From: Octopus sinensis
Taxonomy: Eukaryota
Length of the DNA stretch: 64,000 nt
Assembly: GCF_006345805.1 (NCBI RefSeq)
Contig: NC_043025.1
Location: 4,898,001-4,962,000 of the forward strand
Reading direction: 5' to 3'
Shown here: one piece after another, positions 26,501-36,529 of the stretch
Layout of the letters: every line of letters begins with the position of its first letter
Position numbering within the stretch: position 1 is the stretch's first letter
Program-made: the position numbers and the translations under genes
Notes under the pieces: model-generated
Databases searched by the model: none
The model's input: only the letters and a program-made list of their open reading frames with translations
Told to the model about the DNA's origin: nothing

Positions 26501-29500
26501 AATCTCAGGTAGCTTCTAGTGACATATATAATCAGCAACAACAAAAAACTGAGGTACCTTCTAGCAACATATATCGTCAACAACAGCAATTTGAGGTACC
26601 CTCTACTGACGTTTTTGGTCAGCATCAGTACCAACAAACTGAGAGACCTTCTGACATACGTGATCAACAACAATATCAACCATCTGAGGTACCATCTACT
26701 GATATATATCGTCAACGACAGCAATTTGAGGTACCCTCTACTGATGTATATGGTCAACAACAGTACCAACAAACTGAGAGACCTTCTACTGACATATACA
26801 ACCAACAGCAATATCAACCATCTGAGGTACCTTCCAGTGACATATATAGTCAACAACAGCACCAATTTGAGGTACCCTCTACTGATGTATATGGTCAACA
26901 ACAATATCAGCAATCTGGGGTACCTTCCAGTGATATATATGGTCAGCAACAACAATCTGCAATACCCTTTAGTAACATATATAGTCAACAACAACAACAA
27001 ACTGAGGTACCTTCTAGCAATACATATAGTCAACAACAGCAATATGAGGTACCCTCTACTGACATATATGGTCAACAACAATATCAACCATCTGTAGTAC
27101 CTTCTACTGGCATGTATAGTCAACAACAGCAATTTGAGGTACCCTCTACCGACATACATGGTCAACAACAATATCAACCATCTGTGGTACCCTCTACTGG
27201 CATGTATAGTCAACAACAGCAACATGAGGTACCCTCTACTGACATACATAGTCAACAATATCAACCATCTGTGGTACCTTCTACTGGCATGTATAGTCAA
27301 CAACAGCAGCATGAGGTACCCTCTACTGACATACATGGTCAACAACAATATCAACCATCTGTGGTACCTTCTACTGGCATATATAGTCAACAACAGCAAC
27401 ATGAGGTACCCTCTACTGACATACATGGTCAACAACAATATCAACCATCTGTGGTACCTTCTACTGGCATGTATAGTCAACAACAGCAACATGAGGTACC
27501 CTCTACTGACATACATGGTCAACAACAATATCAACCATCTGTGGTACCTTCTACTGGCATGTATAGTCAACAACAGCAACATGAGGTACCCTCTACTGAC
27601 ATATGTAGTCAACAACAACAATATCAACCATCTGTGGTACCTTCTACTGGCATGTATAGTCAACAACAGCAACATGAGGTACCCTCTACTGACATACATG
27701 GTCAACAACAATATCAACCATCTGTGGTACCTTCTACTGGCATGTATAGTCAACAACAGCAACATGAGGTACCCTCTACTGACATACATGGTCAACAACA
27801 ATATCAACCATCTGTGGTACCTTCTACTGGCATGTATAGTCAACAACAGCAATATGAGGTACCCTCTACTGAGATACATGGTCAACAACAATATCAATCA
27901 TCCGTGGTACCTTCTACTGGCATGTATAGTCAACAACAGCAATATGAGGTACCCTCTACTGAGATACATGGTCAACAACAATATCAACCATCCGTGGTAC
28001 CTTCTACTGGCATGTATAGTCAACAACAACAATATGAGGTACCCTCTACTGACATATATGGTCAACAACATCATCAGTCCGAAGTACCCTCTAGTGATAT
28101 ATATTGTCAACAACAACAATCTGAGGTACCCTCTACTGACATATGTAGTCAACAACAACACCGAGAAACTGAGGTACCCTCTTGCAAGATATATAGTCAA
28201 CAACAATATCAACAGTCTGATGTACCTTCTAGTGACTTCTGTGGTCAACAACAACAGCAAGATCAGACCTGTGGGGAGTCTAAACCAGATATGCCACATG
28301 TACCTACTGGTGCTTCATGTGTTCAGTCTGGTCGTAATACTAAACATGTATCTTTTGACATACCCTCTGATCAATATGACGTTGAACAGGAATCACCTGA
28401 TGTACACTCTGATCAACAGAGCAATGATGTTCGACCTGGATTTCCTGTGGGACCTTCTGATCAATGCGTACCATTTCGTGTACTTGATGACACCCATGGT
28501 GTTAGCTCTGAACAATTTGTTGTGGTACCTAATAGGAATGATGGGCCTGGTTTTACTGTCAGTGAACAGATACCGACTGAGATGGCTTTTAAGAGGTCCA
28601 GTTTTGGAAATGAAAACGAACAGCCAGTCTCTGATTCCCAGACAGGTGTCAGTACGTATAGCTCTGCATCTCAGCAGGTACCTTTTGAAGGCCTACCAGT
28701 GTGTAAGTCTTACGGGAGTCAACAACAGCAAGAACAACAACTTTATGAGGTACCAGAGAATACAGACCGAAATGTCAATGCTGGTCAAGATGATGGAAAT
28801 TTAGGGCGAAATTACATTGACACTCAGAAATCTGATTGTTCAAAAACACATTTGCTGCCATCTGCAAATGGGAATTACATGACTAAAGAACTTGTCCAAG
28901 GTGGTAAACGGTTGGAGGATGATAAAGCGAGTGGGGATTCCTTTCACAATTTATCGAAAGAGGGTTCTGAGACTTTTCTTCCAGAACTTTCATTAGACAT
29001 TTCTTCTAAGAAATATTCAGGTTTTGAAACGGTAATCCCAGAACGGTCATTGGAAGAAAATCTCAGGGACCATTTTGATCTTGAGAAGGACAGCGATGAC
29101 AAGGGTGGGTGCGGTGTAGTCAGTAGCAGTGTCAGTGGTGGTGGTGGTGGTGGTGGTGGTTGTGGAGGTGTGGACTTTACGGAGAATTCTACGTCAAGTA
29201 CAGCCTTAAATTTTCCAAGTTTCTCCCCTGATGGTTTCGTCAATGCTGGGTTAAATGCACCAGATGCAGCACTGTCTGCTAATGTATCTTCTTCAGGCGC
29301 TCATTCTTCTGTAGATTCTCAGAATCTGTTCGATAGTGATTTTCAAGGCCAGAGGAGTGTTGAGTCTTTAGTCGAGGACATCTTTGATCACGATTCTTCT
29401 GGTATAGCTGGAAATAGGAATGCAACCCCTGGCGTCACAAAGACAGTCTGCTTCCAAGAAGATTCTAAAATAAGATATGATGATGGTGAGAGTGACATTT

Positions 29501-30717
29501 TAGAAATCCGTCATCCGTTTCTTGAAGTGATTCCTGAAGAGGGTGAAAATATATATGAAGATATTTGTGTGATTTCAGAAGAAGATCTGGAAAACAAACC
29601 AAGATATTCTAAACCCTTGTTGCTAGAACTTAGAGCTGAGACTCCCAAGTTGGACAAACACTGCTTCCATTATGGTGATTCTACAGGATGCAGTGCAAAT
29701 CTGTATGAAGAACTCAAATTCTCTGGTTATTCAGATCAAGGCCCCAAAAAATCAATAGATGATGCTGTTGCAGGTTCTGATGCTGCTTCTTTGCGGAATT
29801 TTGCTACAAAATCTTCTGTCCTTCCTGCCATGGCCAGTCTGGGGCAAACAGCAGTGCAGGCCCCAAAATGGGATTCACCTGAGCAGGCTGTCAATCTTGG
29901 AGGCACAATTCCGGAACGAAGTTCATCAAGTTGCTCGACAGCTTATCGCATCACTACGGCACAGCAGCCGGCTTGGTCATTGCTGTCTCAGCCGACGCCA
30001 TCACCAGTAGCATCCTCGTCCTCCTACAATTTGCTCAAGGACCCAGGAACAACTGCAGTGGTGGGTGGTGATGGACATGATGCGACAACAGACGGTTACG
30101 GTCTCGGTCACCAGGCATCGCCCATCGCTGTTGCCCCTGAGTATACGCCACAGCCAGCAGTTGTGACACCTGACCCCAAGTCCAACATCAAAGATGATAA
30201 ACCACTGTCTGACAGGAGACTGAGTGGGCCCTACATCGAAACAGAAAGGAGCATTGAAATCAAGTTCCGCATAAATCCAACACCAAGCACTATCCCTAGT
30301 GGCGGCGGTGGTGGTGGTGGTCGTGGTGGTGACAGAAGTGCCCTTGTAACTGGTGTCGGTGGTGTTGGTGGTAACATCGGAAGCAGGAGTGTTGGTGGTG
30401 TTTACCTGCAACCGAATCTGGAAATCGAAGAATGCAACGAGATCATATCGGTATGCGAGGTGGATCGACGTCCGGATGGATTAGCGGGAACAAACAGCTC
30501 TGGGAGGAGTGACAGTCGACACAGCAGAAACAACAGCAGCAGCGGCAGCAGCTACGGTCGCGGTGGCAGTAGTAATGTTGATGTCGTCAACGAAGATGAG
30601 GCGCAGAGGCAGAGGCAGTGCCTGGAGGCGTTAATCAGAGAAAGTTCCAGTCGGAGACTAAGCACACAGGAGGCATTGCAGACCCTATTGGCACCCCACT
30701 GGTTACCACATACTTGA
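20557..30717 (+). CDS. Giant 3386-aa protein from a single coding exon: N-terminal alpha-kinase-like domain (probable pseudokinase), acidic and Pro-rich regions, and a long Q/S/Y/P tandem-repeat region
   Basis: Uninterrupted 10,161-nt ATG-to-TGA ORF with no SINE insertions in an otherwise SINE-saturated window. Residues ~20-230 carry alpha-kinase motifs in order: PVKEG, CAVK, LAEKFN, VVEPYL, LQAFSHFT, LVCGLQG, LTNPIIHS, GSTDKGRSG, FFRNHSCNRIC. Confidence 0.9.
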   Translation: MAVQFSNRTLLSTTDQSNHRYWAEFEYKPVKEGSSMYVFKGRLNGDGPRSGEYCAVKMFRKFVAEPSDWNQYVAKANMANILAEKFNNKLKGQYKVQFLIPILAHLDTVSTCTGCLYWCSDIKAIDTDDCVVVEPYLRHGFRKFYRNSPLKGAENAYILQAFSHFTACETCDTLVCGLQGIAHENEFKLTNPIIHSSDKQWGSTDKGRSGIKSFFRNHSCNRICKTLNLPFLLETNEINGSVSTINNAEDEEAVEDDDVKNSDEARKTKMRDANVGTDSDNFGEETLVKEAVETTKKDNEGDDNDRDGKQDEEDAGKEDKKAVGEKLHENTEEDAEHKEEQIDANVEKKPGEIAEKSKEKKAENKIDKSVETEPFNNVENLDGFGVRNESVMSEKKIPVISEGVQATVNAQVEPNASPRMTAGVFVEQGPLLRVESEPGIYLEEGPSVSAADRTDKSVEVDADEKLMANKVDEGVQKNLESVGSVTELDVGTDGEAASYVAGTPLKVIRGHTGAASTPSNEITVISGSFDESFKGSPTSDGRDHSYSSDSSIDEISYDNLIAEKKPLEPTEFAGGETSVHGKHNLVPNYEDEENEDTGMDSGPPHHRDEIYLPPKILQTPPSNRTGRIFVVPVCRQTGSVRSATSSASVTPPVFLETVSPICRCPASFQPIANSDDVGIGVGNSPSSRTSPLPPLSPLSTEEIKTDGWSEQSSDLGPSATPNDQPNPPSPLFSSTPTPVELPPLPSPVPTESPALLSPPPPAELPPLPPTPHPTATARNSITTPPSPSTTTTTSSALPRCLRQLTSCCSMRMSKKKKKKKKEKDESPGSVTDPVTLSQTSKTEVPVETPGSKSSGKKRSRSWRTAWRSPKTSGTCSTSDTEASSPKKPAMVSIEMSAPEESDSAICPKNPFQMVTDGHDDTNRNNNNNDDDYYINAYINNNNNNINNNNDTSGVGGSEDQYYMNNNSNQIHTHQMVLQKAFVEKGQRFTSPPPLLLDSGQPESSTYWEYHCMNPDERGAVGGSGCRCCGGVGGSCSCCGSSGERDFNRMVSDSKTPPQLETSTNGSSISMTTADTDAGAGDQSHHEYDTLPRRTFDMGFEPNRGGICDTLPCRGDLFTVEVHYNGEAVPEYRADPAAAMSTMTTAVITPPKLEAMTVATTSAMPSSSSLTEIIEMVPKDSIGDVDPRLPVDGYPPLMHDHESSSGQTFSGSETTGVTTAGRVGSVGVALRAEENDGEEEERAVAEEEILVASSSLGSTAQTAGGALTDAAAAAAETMELTLADRIPTSSQLPFLKSSVDTLNSRTPDTEGTISVFSGSVQTGTDNTSIADASTAGTKPMTPKCYDDVASSLATTPTPLSLSSSSSSSSTLLLLPGGGTLQKARSEVMEKISTSTDDRSSQGPRSDIPDIPDIRLLLSEDVDDDDDGGGGDGDGDGDGKTIAAAGGGGGGAEDTADIPYIDECDSDDSVQQQQQQQQQQCEQDEQSSGKARIDTYVLDHRVGKHQQQSLAVPSDGTCGEDQQQQHQQLLEVPFSHTYGEEQQQRQQSLEVPYSDINIKQQQSEVPIDVCWQEKQQQYEVPVSGTYEQQQYKESEVPVHIYGQEQQHELPVSDTYGQQQQQCQPSEVPFSDIHGRDQQQQTEVPSSDIYSQPQTEVPSSDIYSQPQTEVPSSDVYSQHQTEVPSSDIYSQQQQTEVPSSDIYSQQQTEVPSSDIYSQQQTEVPSSDIYSQQQQTEVPSSDIYSQQQTEVPSSDIYSQQQTEVPSSDIYSQQQTGVPSSNIYSQQQQTEVPSSDIYSQQQTEAPPTDVHGQQHYQQSEVPCSNIYSQEQNQQTEVPSTDIYGQQQQCQQSEVPSTDIYGQQQQHQQFEVPSTDIYGQQEYQQPEVPSSEIYSQQHQLQQTEVPSSNIYNQQSKVPSTDIYDQQQYQPSEVPSANIHSQQQQFEVPSTDTYGQHQHQQSEEPSSNIYSPQQQFEVPSSDIYGQQQQSQVASSDIYNQQQQKTEVPSSNIYRQQQQFEVPSTDVFGQHQYQQTERPSDIRDQQQYQPSEVPSTDIYRQRQQFEVPSTDVYGQQQYQQTERPSTDIYNQQQYQPSEVPSSDIYSQQQHQFEVPSTDVYGQQQYQQSGVPSSDIYGQQQQSAIPFSNIYSQQQQQTEVPSSNTYSQQQQYEVPSTDIYGQQQYQPSVVPSTGMYSQQQQFEVPSTDIHGQQQYQPSVVPSTGMYSQQQQHEVPSTDIHSQQYQPSVVPSTGMYSQQQQHEVPSTDIHGQQQYQPSVVPSTGIYSQQQQHEVPSTDIHGQQQYQPSVVPSTGMYSQQQQHEVPSTDIHGQQQYQPSVVPSTGMYSQQQQHEVPSTDICSQQQQYQPSVVPSTGMYSQQQQHEVPSTDIHGQQQYQPSVVPSTGMYSQQQQHEVPSTDIHGQQQYQPSVVPSTGMYSQQQQYEVPSTEIHGQQQYQSSVVPSTGMYSQQQQYEVPSTEIHGQQQYQPSVVPSTGMYSQQQQYEVPSTDIYGQQHHQSEVPSSDIYCQQQQSEVPSTDICSQQQHRETEVPSCKIYSQQQYQQSDVPSSDFCGQQQQQDQTCGESKPDMPHVPTGASCVQSGRNTKHVSFDIPSDQYDVEQESPDVHSDQQSNDVRPGFPVGPSDQCVPFRVLDDTHGVSSEQFVVVPNRNDGPGFTVSEQIPTEMAFKRSSFGNENEQPVSDSQTGVSTYSSASQQVPFEGLPVCKSYGSQQQQEQQLYEVPENTDRNVNAGQDDGNLGRNYIDTQKSDCSKTHLLPSANGNYMTKELVQGGKRLEDDKASGDSFHNLSKEGSETFLPELSLDISSKKYSGFETVIPERSLEENLRDHFDLEKDSDDKGGCGVVSSSVSGGGGGGGGCGGVDFTENSTSSTALNFPSFSPDGFVNAGLNAPDAALSANVSSSGAHSSVDSQNLFDSDFQGQRSVESLVEDIFDHDSSGIAGNRNATPGVTKTVCFQEDSKIRYDDGESDILEIRHPFLEVIPEEGENIYEDICVISEEDLENKPRYSKPLLLELRAETPKLDKHCFHYGDSTGCSANLYEELKFSGYSDQGPKKSIDDAVAGSDAASLRNFATKSSVLPAMASLGQTAVQAPKWDSPEQAVNLGGTIPERSSSSCSTAYRITTAQQPAWSLLSQPTPSPVASSSSYNLLKDPGTTAVVGGDGHDATTDGYGLGHQASPIAVAPEYTPQPAVVTPDPKSNIKDDKPLSDRRLSGPYIETERSIEIKFRINPTPSTIPSGGGGGGGRGGDRSALVTGVGGVGGNIGSRSVGGVYLQPNLEIEECNEIISVCEVDRRPDGLAGTNSSGRSDSRHSRNNSSSGSSYGRGGSSNVDVVNEDEAQRQRQCLEALIRESSSRRLSTQEALQTLLAPHWLPHT
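20614..21240 (+). other. Alpha-kinase (eEF2K/MHCK/TRPM7-type) domain with substituted catalytic residues
   Basis: K57 (AVK) and the Zn-ligand pattern H164/H218/C220/C224 are retained. Consensus DLQG reads GLQG (G177, codon GGT at 21085) and consensus TDP reads TNP (N191, codon AAT at 21127). Confidence 0.85.
25075..28260 (+). repeat. Coding tandem-repeat array within the giant ORF (EVPSSDIYSQQQQ-type units, with a 90-bp higher-order unit in the distal part)
   Basis: Units of 36-42 bp encode (T)EVPSSDIYSQQQ at ~25470-25950, followed by diverged units. Near-identical 90-bp units encode QQQQHEVPSTDIHGQQQYQPSVVPSTGMYS at ~27030-28050 (atacatggtc recurs at 27331, 27421 and 27511). Confidence 0.95.
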
Positions 30718-30764
30718 AATCTCATACACATACACACAAACGCACACATATATATCCATATCTA

Positions 30765-30770
30765 AATAAA
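30765..30770 (+). terminator. Candidate polyadenylation signal
   Basis: AATAAA ~50 nt after the stop codon. The AT-rich context makes a chance match plausible. Confidence 0.25.
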
Positions 30771-31086
30771 TAATATACACAGAATCTCATATATATATAT
30801 ATATATATTTGCATTTGTGTATGTGCATATATATATATATATATAATTGCATGTGTGTGTGTGTATATATATATATATTATATATAATATATAATATATA
30901 TATATATTATATATATATATATATATAATATATATATAATATATGTATATGTATGTATATATATATAATATATGTATATAATTGCTTGTTTATAATTATA
31001 CATGCATAAATATGTGTGTGTGTGTGATTAGTTCTATACATAATTACATAAATATACATTAGGGATTTTTCTCCGTCATGTGTATG

Positions 31087-31124
<38 letters not shown>

Positions 31125-31268
31125 CATACATACTGAGACATGCATCTATACAAATATGTGAGTCCACAAACTGGACTTAGACTTAATAATAAGCTAAAGT
31201 TTTTTTTTCTTTTTCTTAGACCATAAGGAAAGGCCTGACAATCAAACACACTCTTCCAGTTTTGTTTA

Positions 31269-31319
<51 letters not shown>

Positions 31320-31883
31320 GTATTGTACTTTTATAATAAGAGGGTTGATAGGGACTTTGAAGTTTCAGATAGTTCAAAGTCACTGTCACCGCTTATTCTG
31401 GTAAAAGTACAATGAATATGTACTCTACAAAAAGTATTGAGTACTTGGCCAGTTTCATGTTTGGTTGTTTTAATTATATAACCTGACATAAAAACAGACA
31501 TTATTGTATACATACATATATATATATGTATGTACATGTGTGTGTATATATATATATTTTTTTTTTTATCTATTTTTTTATTTTTTATTTATTTTTATCT
31601 AGTTTCAGCTCACGAGCTGTGGCCATGCTGGGGCACCGCCATTTGGTGTTGCTATATGATTATGTATAATCATATCAAAGGGAAATGGAATTTAATTAAA
31701 ATTAAAATATTCAATCAAAGTTTACATTTCCAGTGGTCTAACGTGCAAAAAAAATTAGTCAAGAAGACTATATATTAGTCATACGATATAGTGTATATTT
31801 ATACACATAAGGAATCCACTTAACGTAAATTCAACACATTAGAAAGAACAGCTAGGTTCTGTAAACGGTGGGTTTTTTTCTAA

Positions 31884-31940
<57 letters not shown>

Positions 31941-32015
31941 TATATAAATATATATATGTGTGTGTTGAATTCACGGTAAGTGGATTCCTTATGTGTATAA
32001 ACATACACTATATCG

Positions 32016-32042
<27 letters not shown>

Positions 32043-32049
<7 letters not shown>

Positions 32050-32236
32050 GAAAAAAACCCACCTTTTATCAATTCAAAAGGAATAATTAAATTACACCAT
32101 CTAGAAAATTACATAAATTACAAAAATAATATAATGCATATAATATATAATGTAATTTATGTAATTTTCTAGATGGTGTAATTTAATTATTCATTTTGAA
32201 TTGATAAATAAAAAGTGGGGGTTTATTCTAATATTT
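32043..32236. repeat. AT-rich palindrome (58-bp core arms, 1 mismatch, 28-nt spacer)
   Basis: 32065-32122 (tttatcaattcaaaaggaataattaaattacaccatctagaaaattacataaattaca) is the reverse complement of 32151-32208. The arms extend imperfectly outward. Confidence 0.9.
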
Positions 32237-32781
32237 TATATATATATATATATATTATATTGCGTGAATTTGATTTAGTATTTCTAAATTGAATTCTTTT
32301 TCCTTGTAAGTTTGGATTTTATTCCCTCAATTAAAAATAATTATATATGTATATATATCAGAAAGCACATGAATGTGGAACAAGGTGGGTCAAAATAGTA
32401 CTCAAATACCAGAGGTAGAGTAATATGCTTTACTATTAACGCTGCAAAAACATCAAAAAATATCACAAAAACTGCTATTCAATCAAAACTGTCCTACAAA
32501 CGAGAACATGAAACTCTGAGTAGCAATTTTCTGTGGTATTTTTGCAGTTTTAATTATAAATACACACACACACACATGCACAAGACATACTCTCATGAAC
32601 TTGCCCACGAATCTTTAGTTCTAAGCTAATTTTCTAAAGTATTTCCTTCCCGCATGGCCACTGTCAAATGACTGAAACAAGTAAAAGAATACATATATAT
32701 ATATATATAATATATATATATATATATTATATATATATATATATATATAAATATATATACACACACACACATACACATATC

Positions 32782-32816
<35 letters not shown>

Positions 32817-32825
32817 ACACACATA

Positions 32826-32902
<77 letters not shown>

Positions 32903-34012
32903 AGTGTGTATGTAATATTTATATATCTTCTGCACACTCTTATATGATTGTGTATACATACATGCACACACATACACACACACACGTGCACACACATACA
33001 CGCACACACACACACACAGACTCACATCTTCCTTTCTTCCTACCCAAAACCCCACTCTCCACTCTCTGCCGTTTCCTTTGTCTGCTGACATTTTCATGGA
33101 AACCAAACAGAATTATCCTAAAATTCTTTCTGCCTCTTTGAAGCAAACTTATGCCTGTTACAAACATCTATTACCATATTTATTATTATTGTTGTTGTCG
33201 TTGTTGTTGTTGAAGGCAGTGAGCTGGCAGAATCGTTAGCACGCCGAGTGACATGCTTAGCGGTATTTTAACTTGCCTTTATATTCTGAGTTCAAATTCC
33301 GCCGAGGTTGACTTTGCCTTTCATCCTTTTGGAGTCGATTAAATAAGTACCAGTTACGCACTGGGGGTCGATGTAATCGACTTAACCCGTTTGTCTGTCC
33401 TTGTTTGTCCCCTCTATGTTTAACCCCTTGTGGGCAATAAAGAAATTGAGTTCAAATTCCGCCGAGGCCAACTTTGCCATTCATCCTTTCGGGGTTCATA
33501 AATTAAGCACCAGTTGAGTACTTGGGGTGGGGTCAATGCAGTTGATTGGTCCCCTCCCCCAAAATTTCAGGCCTTATTCCTACAGTATAAAGGGTCATTA
33601 TAGTTAATGGTAAGGTGTTGGATCGGCAGGATTAGGGTTGGTGGTCTAAGTAAATACCTTGTTACGTTCCATAAGTGTAAACCCTGTTCCTTCATATTTT
33701 GAAAGGTGGGGTTAAACATAATTCTATGTGCTCCCTTCCCTTTCCCACAACAATTTCTCTCCTCTACAATCCTATGTCCTTGTTTTGTCAGGTAAAATTC
33801 ATTATTACTTCCTTTTGTACTTTTTCTATTTTTTTTTATTTTTGAAGATTGGATCAGAGGGAAAGATTAAATCACTTCCTTAAGTGTTGCATCAAATGTG
33901 TCTGTATACATACATTCCTATACATACATACATACATTCCTATACATACATACATACATTCATACATACATACATACATACACACACATACATACATACA
34001 TATATATATATA

Positions 34013-34067
<55 letters not shown>

Positions 34068-36529
34068 CTGTGTGTGTATATATATATATATCATGTGATT
34101 GACCAGACTATCAGATGCTGTTACACATCGCTTGCCACAATGCGCTTTGCATTGTTTCAGCTTTCGGATGAGACCAGCTCACATTGGTGATTGTCTATAC
34201 ACACACACACACAGTAGATATGTGCATATATACATATGCATATATACATATGTATATATACACATATATTTATATATGTATCTATATAGGCATATATATT
34301 TATATATATGTATATATACATATATATAAATGTTCATAAGAGTGTGTGTATATATTATATATGTGTGTGTGTGTATGTATATTATTTATGTATATATGCA
34401 TATATAAATACATCCATATACATGTATGAGCCTGTGTGTGTTGCATCAGACCAGAGTCTGGTGCAGCCCCTCAGCTTACCATCCCTGGTCAAAGTGTCCA
34501 ACTCATACCCACATGGACAACGGACACTAAATGATAATGATGTGGATTATACAGACACATGTGTAAATATGTATATGTGAGTGTCACAGTGTGTATATAT
34601 AGATGATTGTCTTTGTGTGTGTGTGTGCTTGACAGTGGCTTTGGGACAGACCATTATCTTCTACTTAATTCTTCATTCATTCACCATTCTAAGGCAACAG
34701 ACACCAAATGATCTGGGTAAAGTTAACCTATGGTAGCCTGGTGTCCTATCCATGAGGAATATATTTTGCATCTGCTTTATTTCATGGAAACAGAATTAAG
34801 TTCTGGCCTGGCCTACCACTAACAACTAAGTGATTAGGATGTGTTTAGGTGTGAAAACAATTCGTTTCGTTGGCATGAATGTCACAACATCACCACAGAA
34901 TTTTTTTTTTTTTTTTTATATACTACACAAAGCAAACTTTTTCTCCTAACTTTCGCAAACGTTTTATTATTTTGTTTTTCGATTTTTGCCAGAAAATTCT
35001 GCAACCAATTATTATATGGCAATCTAGGCTGCAAACTCCAGCCGGCACCATGACCCCCACCCCCACAAACCCCTGCCACCTCTCCTTTCCTTCCCACCAC
35101 CGTCTCCACATAAGTGCCCCCACATCCCACTATGCTACCCACCCACTCACTGCAACCCTATTTTACTCTGCCCTCATTACCCAGGACCCTCACCCTCCCA
35201 CAACACGTTTATTCCCTTTCCATTGATTCTTGTCCACAACATGCACATGTATGAGGGGGGTTGCCGAAAAGTTCCTAGTTTAGGGGTCTCATGAACAGCT
35301 TGGCTGGAGGCCCAACCTTTTGAGTTCTTTTACAGGGCTTAGAAAAACTGAAGGGCCACTGCATTAAGTGCATGGATCTGGGAGGGGAATATGTCACATA
35401 AAATCATGATTAACTGATCCTCCTGTATTTTCTGTTACCCAAAACCAGGAACTTTTCAACACCCTCTCATACATACCTAGATATATAGCTGTACATATAC
35501 ATTCACTTAAGCATACACATAAAAACATATACGCATGGATTCACTTAAACACACATACACACTCCCTTCTCTTCATTGGACACTGCTTGTGAAGACCCAC
35601 ATAAATTGCATACATACATCTGTGCACATGCACACCTGCATACGTATACTTACCGAAACACATAGCTCCTGCACACATACTCATGCTCTCATACATACAC
35701 ATACATGATCATTTACATAATCCTGACATACACCAAAATATACACACCAAAGGCGGCAAGCTGGCAGAAACGTTAGCAAGCCGGGCGAAATGCATAGCCG
35801 GTGGCACGTTAAAAGCACCAACTGATCGTGGCCGATGCCAGACACCTCTGGTACCTGTGCAGGTGGCACGTAAAAAGCACCCACTACACTCGCGGAGTGG
35901 TTGGCGTTAGGAAGGGCATCCAGCTGTAGAAACTCTGCCAGATCAGACTGGAGCCTGGTGCAGCCCCTGGCTTCCCAGACCCCGGTCAAACCATCCAACC
36001 TGTGCTAGCACGGAAAACGGACGTTAAACGATGATGATGTATTTCGTCTGCCGTTACGTTCTGAGTTCAAATTCCGCCGAGGTCGACTTTGCCTTTCATC
36101 CTTTCGGGGTTGATAAATTAAGTACCAGATATGCACTGGGGTCGATAATCGACTTAATCCGTTTGTCTGCCTATGTTTGTACCCTCTATGTTTAGCCTCT
36201 TCTGGGTAGTAAAAAAGAAATATATACACACCATACTAAACAAAATGACTCCTGCAGTGTCTACCTTGTGCTTCCCTTATAGCTATCTGCACCCATTCAT
36301 CCCCCCACACACCCACAGTATCTATCCCCATATCCTATCCCACTACATATCCTGTCCCATTCCAACCCCATACCTATCCCAACCCACTTCACTTAATTGT
36401 GTTCCTTATTGAATAATTGGACAAAGAAATATCTCAGATATAGAAAAAGTTTCCTTTCTTTGTGTGAGTGCTAATTGTGTGTGTTTGATTATGTAACTAC
36501 ACATAGATGCAGATGTGTTAGATTAACTA

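Noticed and set aside
25762-27897. 711-aa antisense ORF and the long alternative-frame ORFs (25250-26512, 26519-27097, 27134-28804)
   Set aside because: These are shadows of the CAA-rich coding repeat: a unit without stops stays open in other frames. There is no independent evidence of coding.
32485-32530. Hammerhead-like GAAACTCTGAGTA with flanking stem
   Set aside because: The first core box reads CCTACAA, which is too decayed to call. It is at most a relic.
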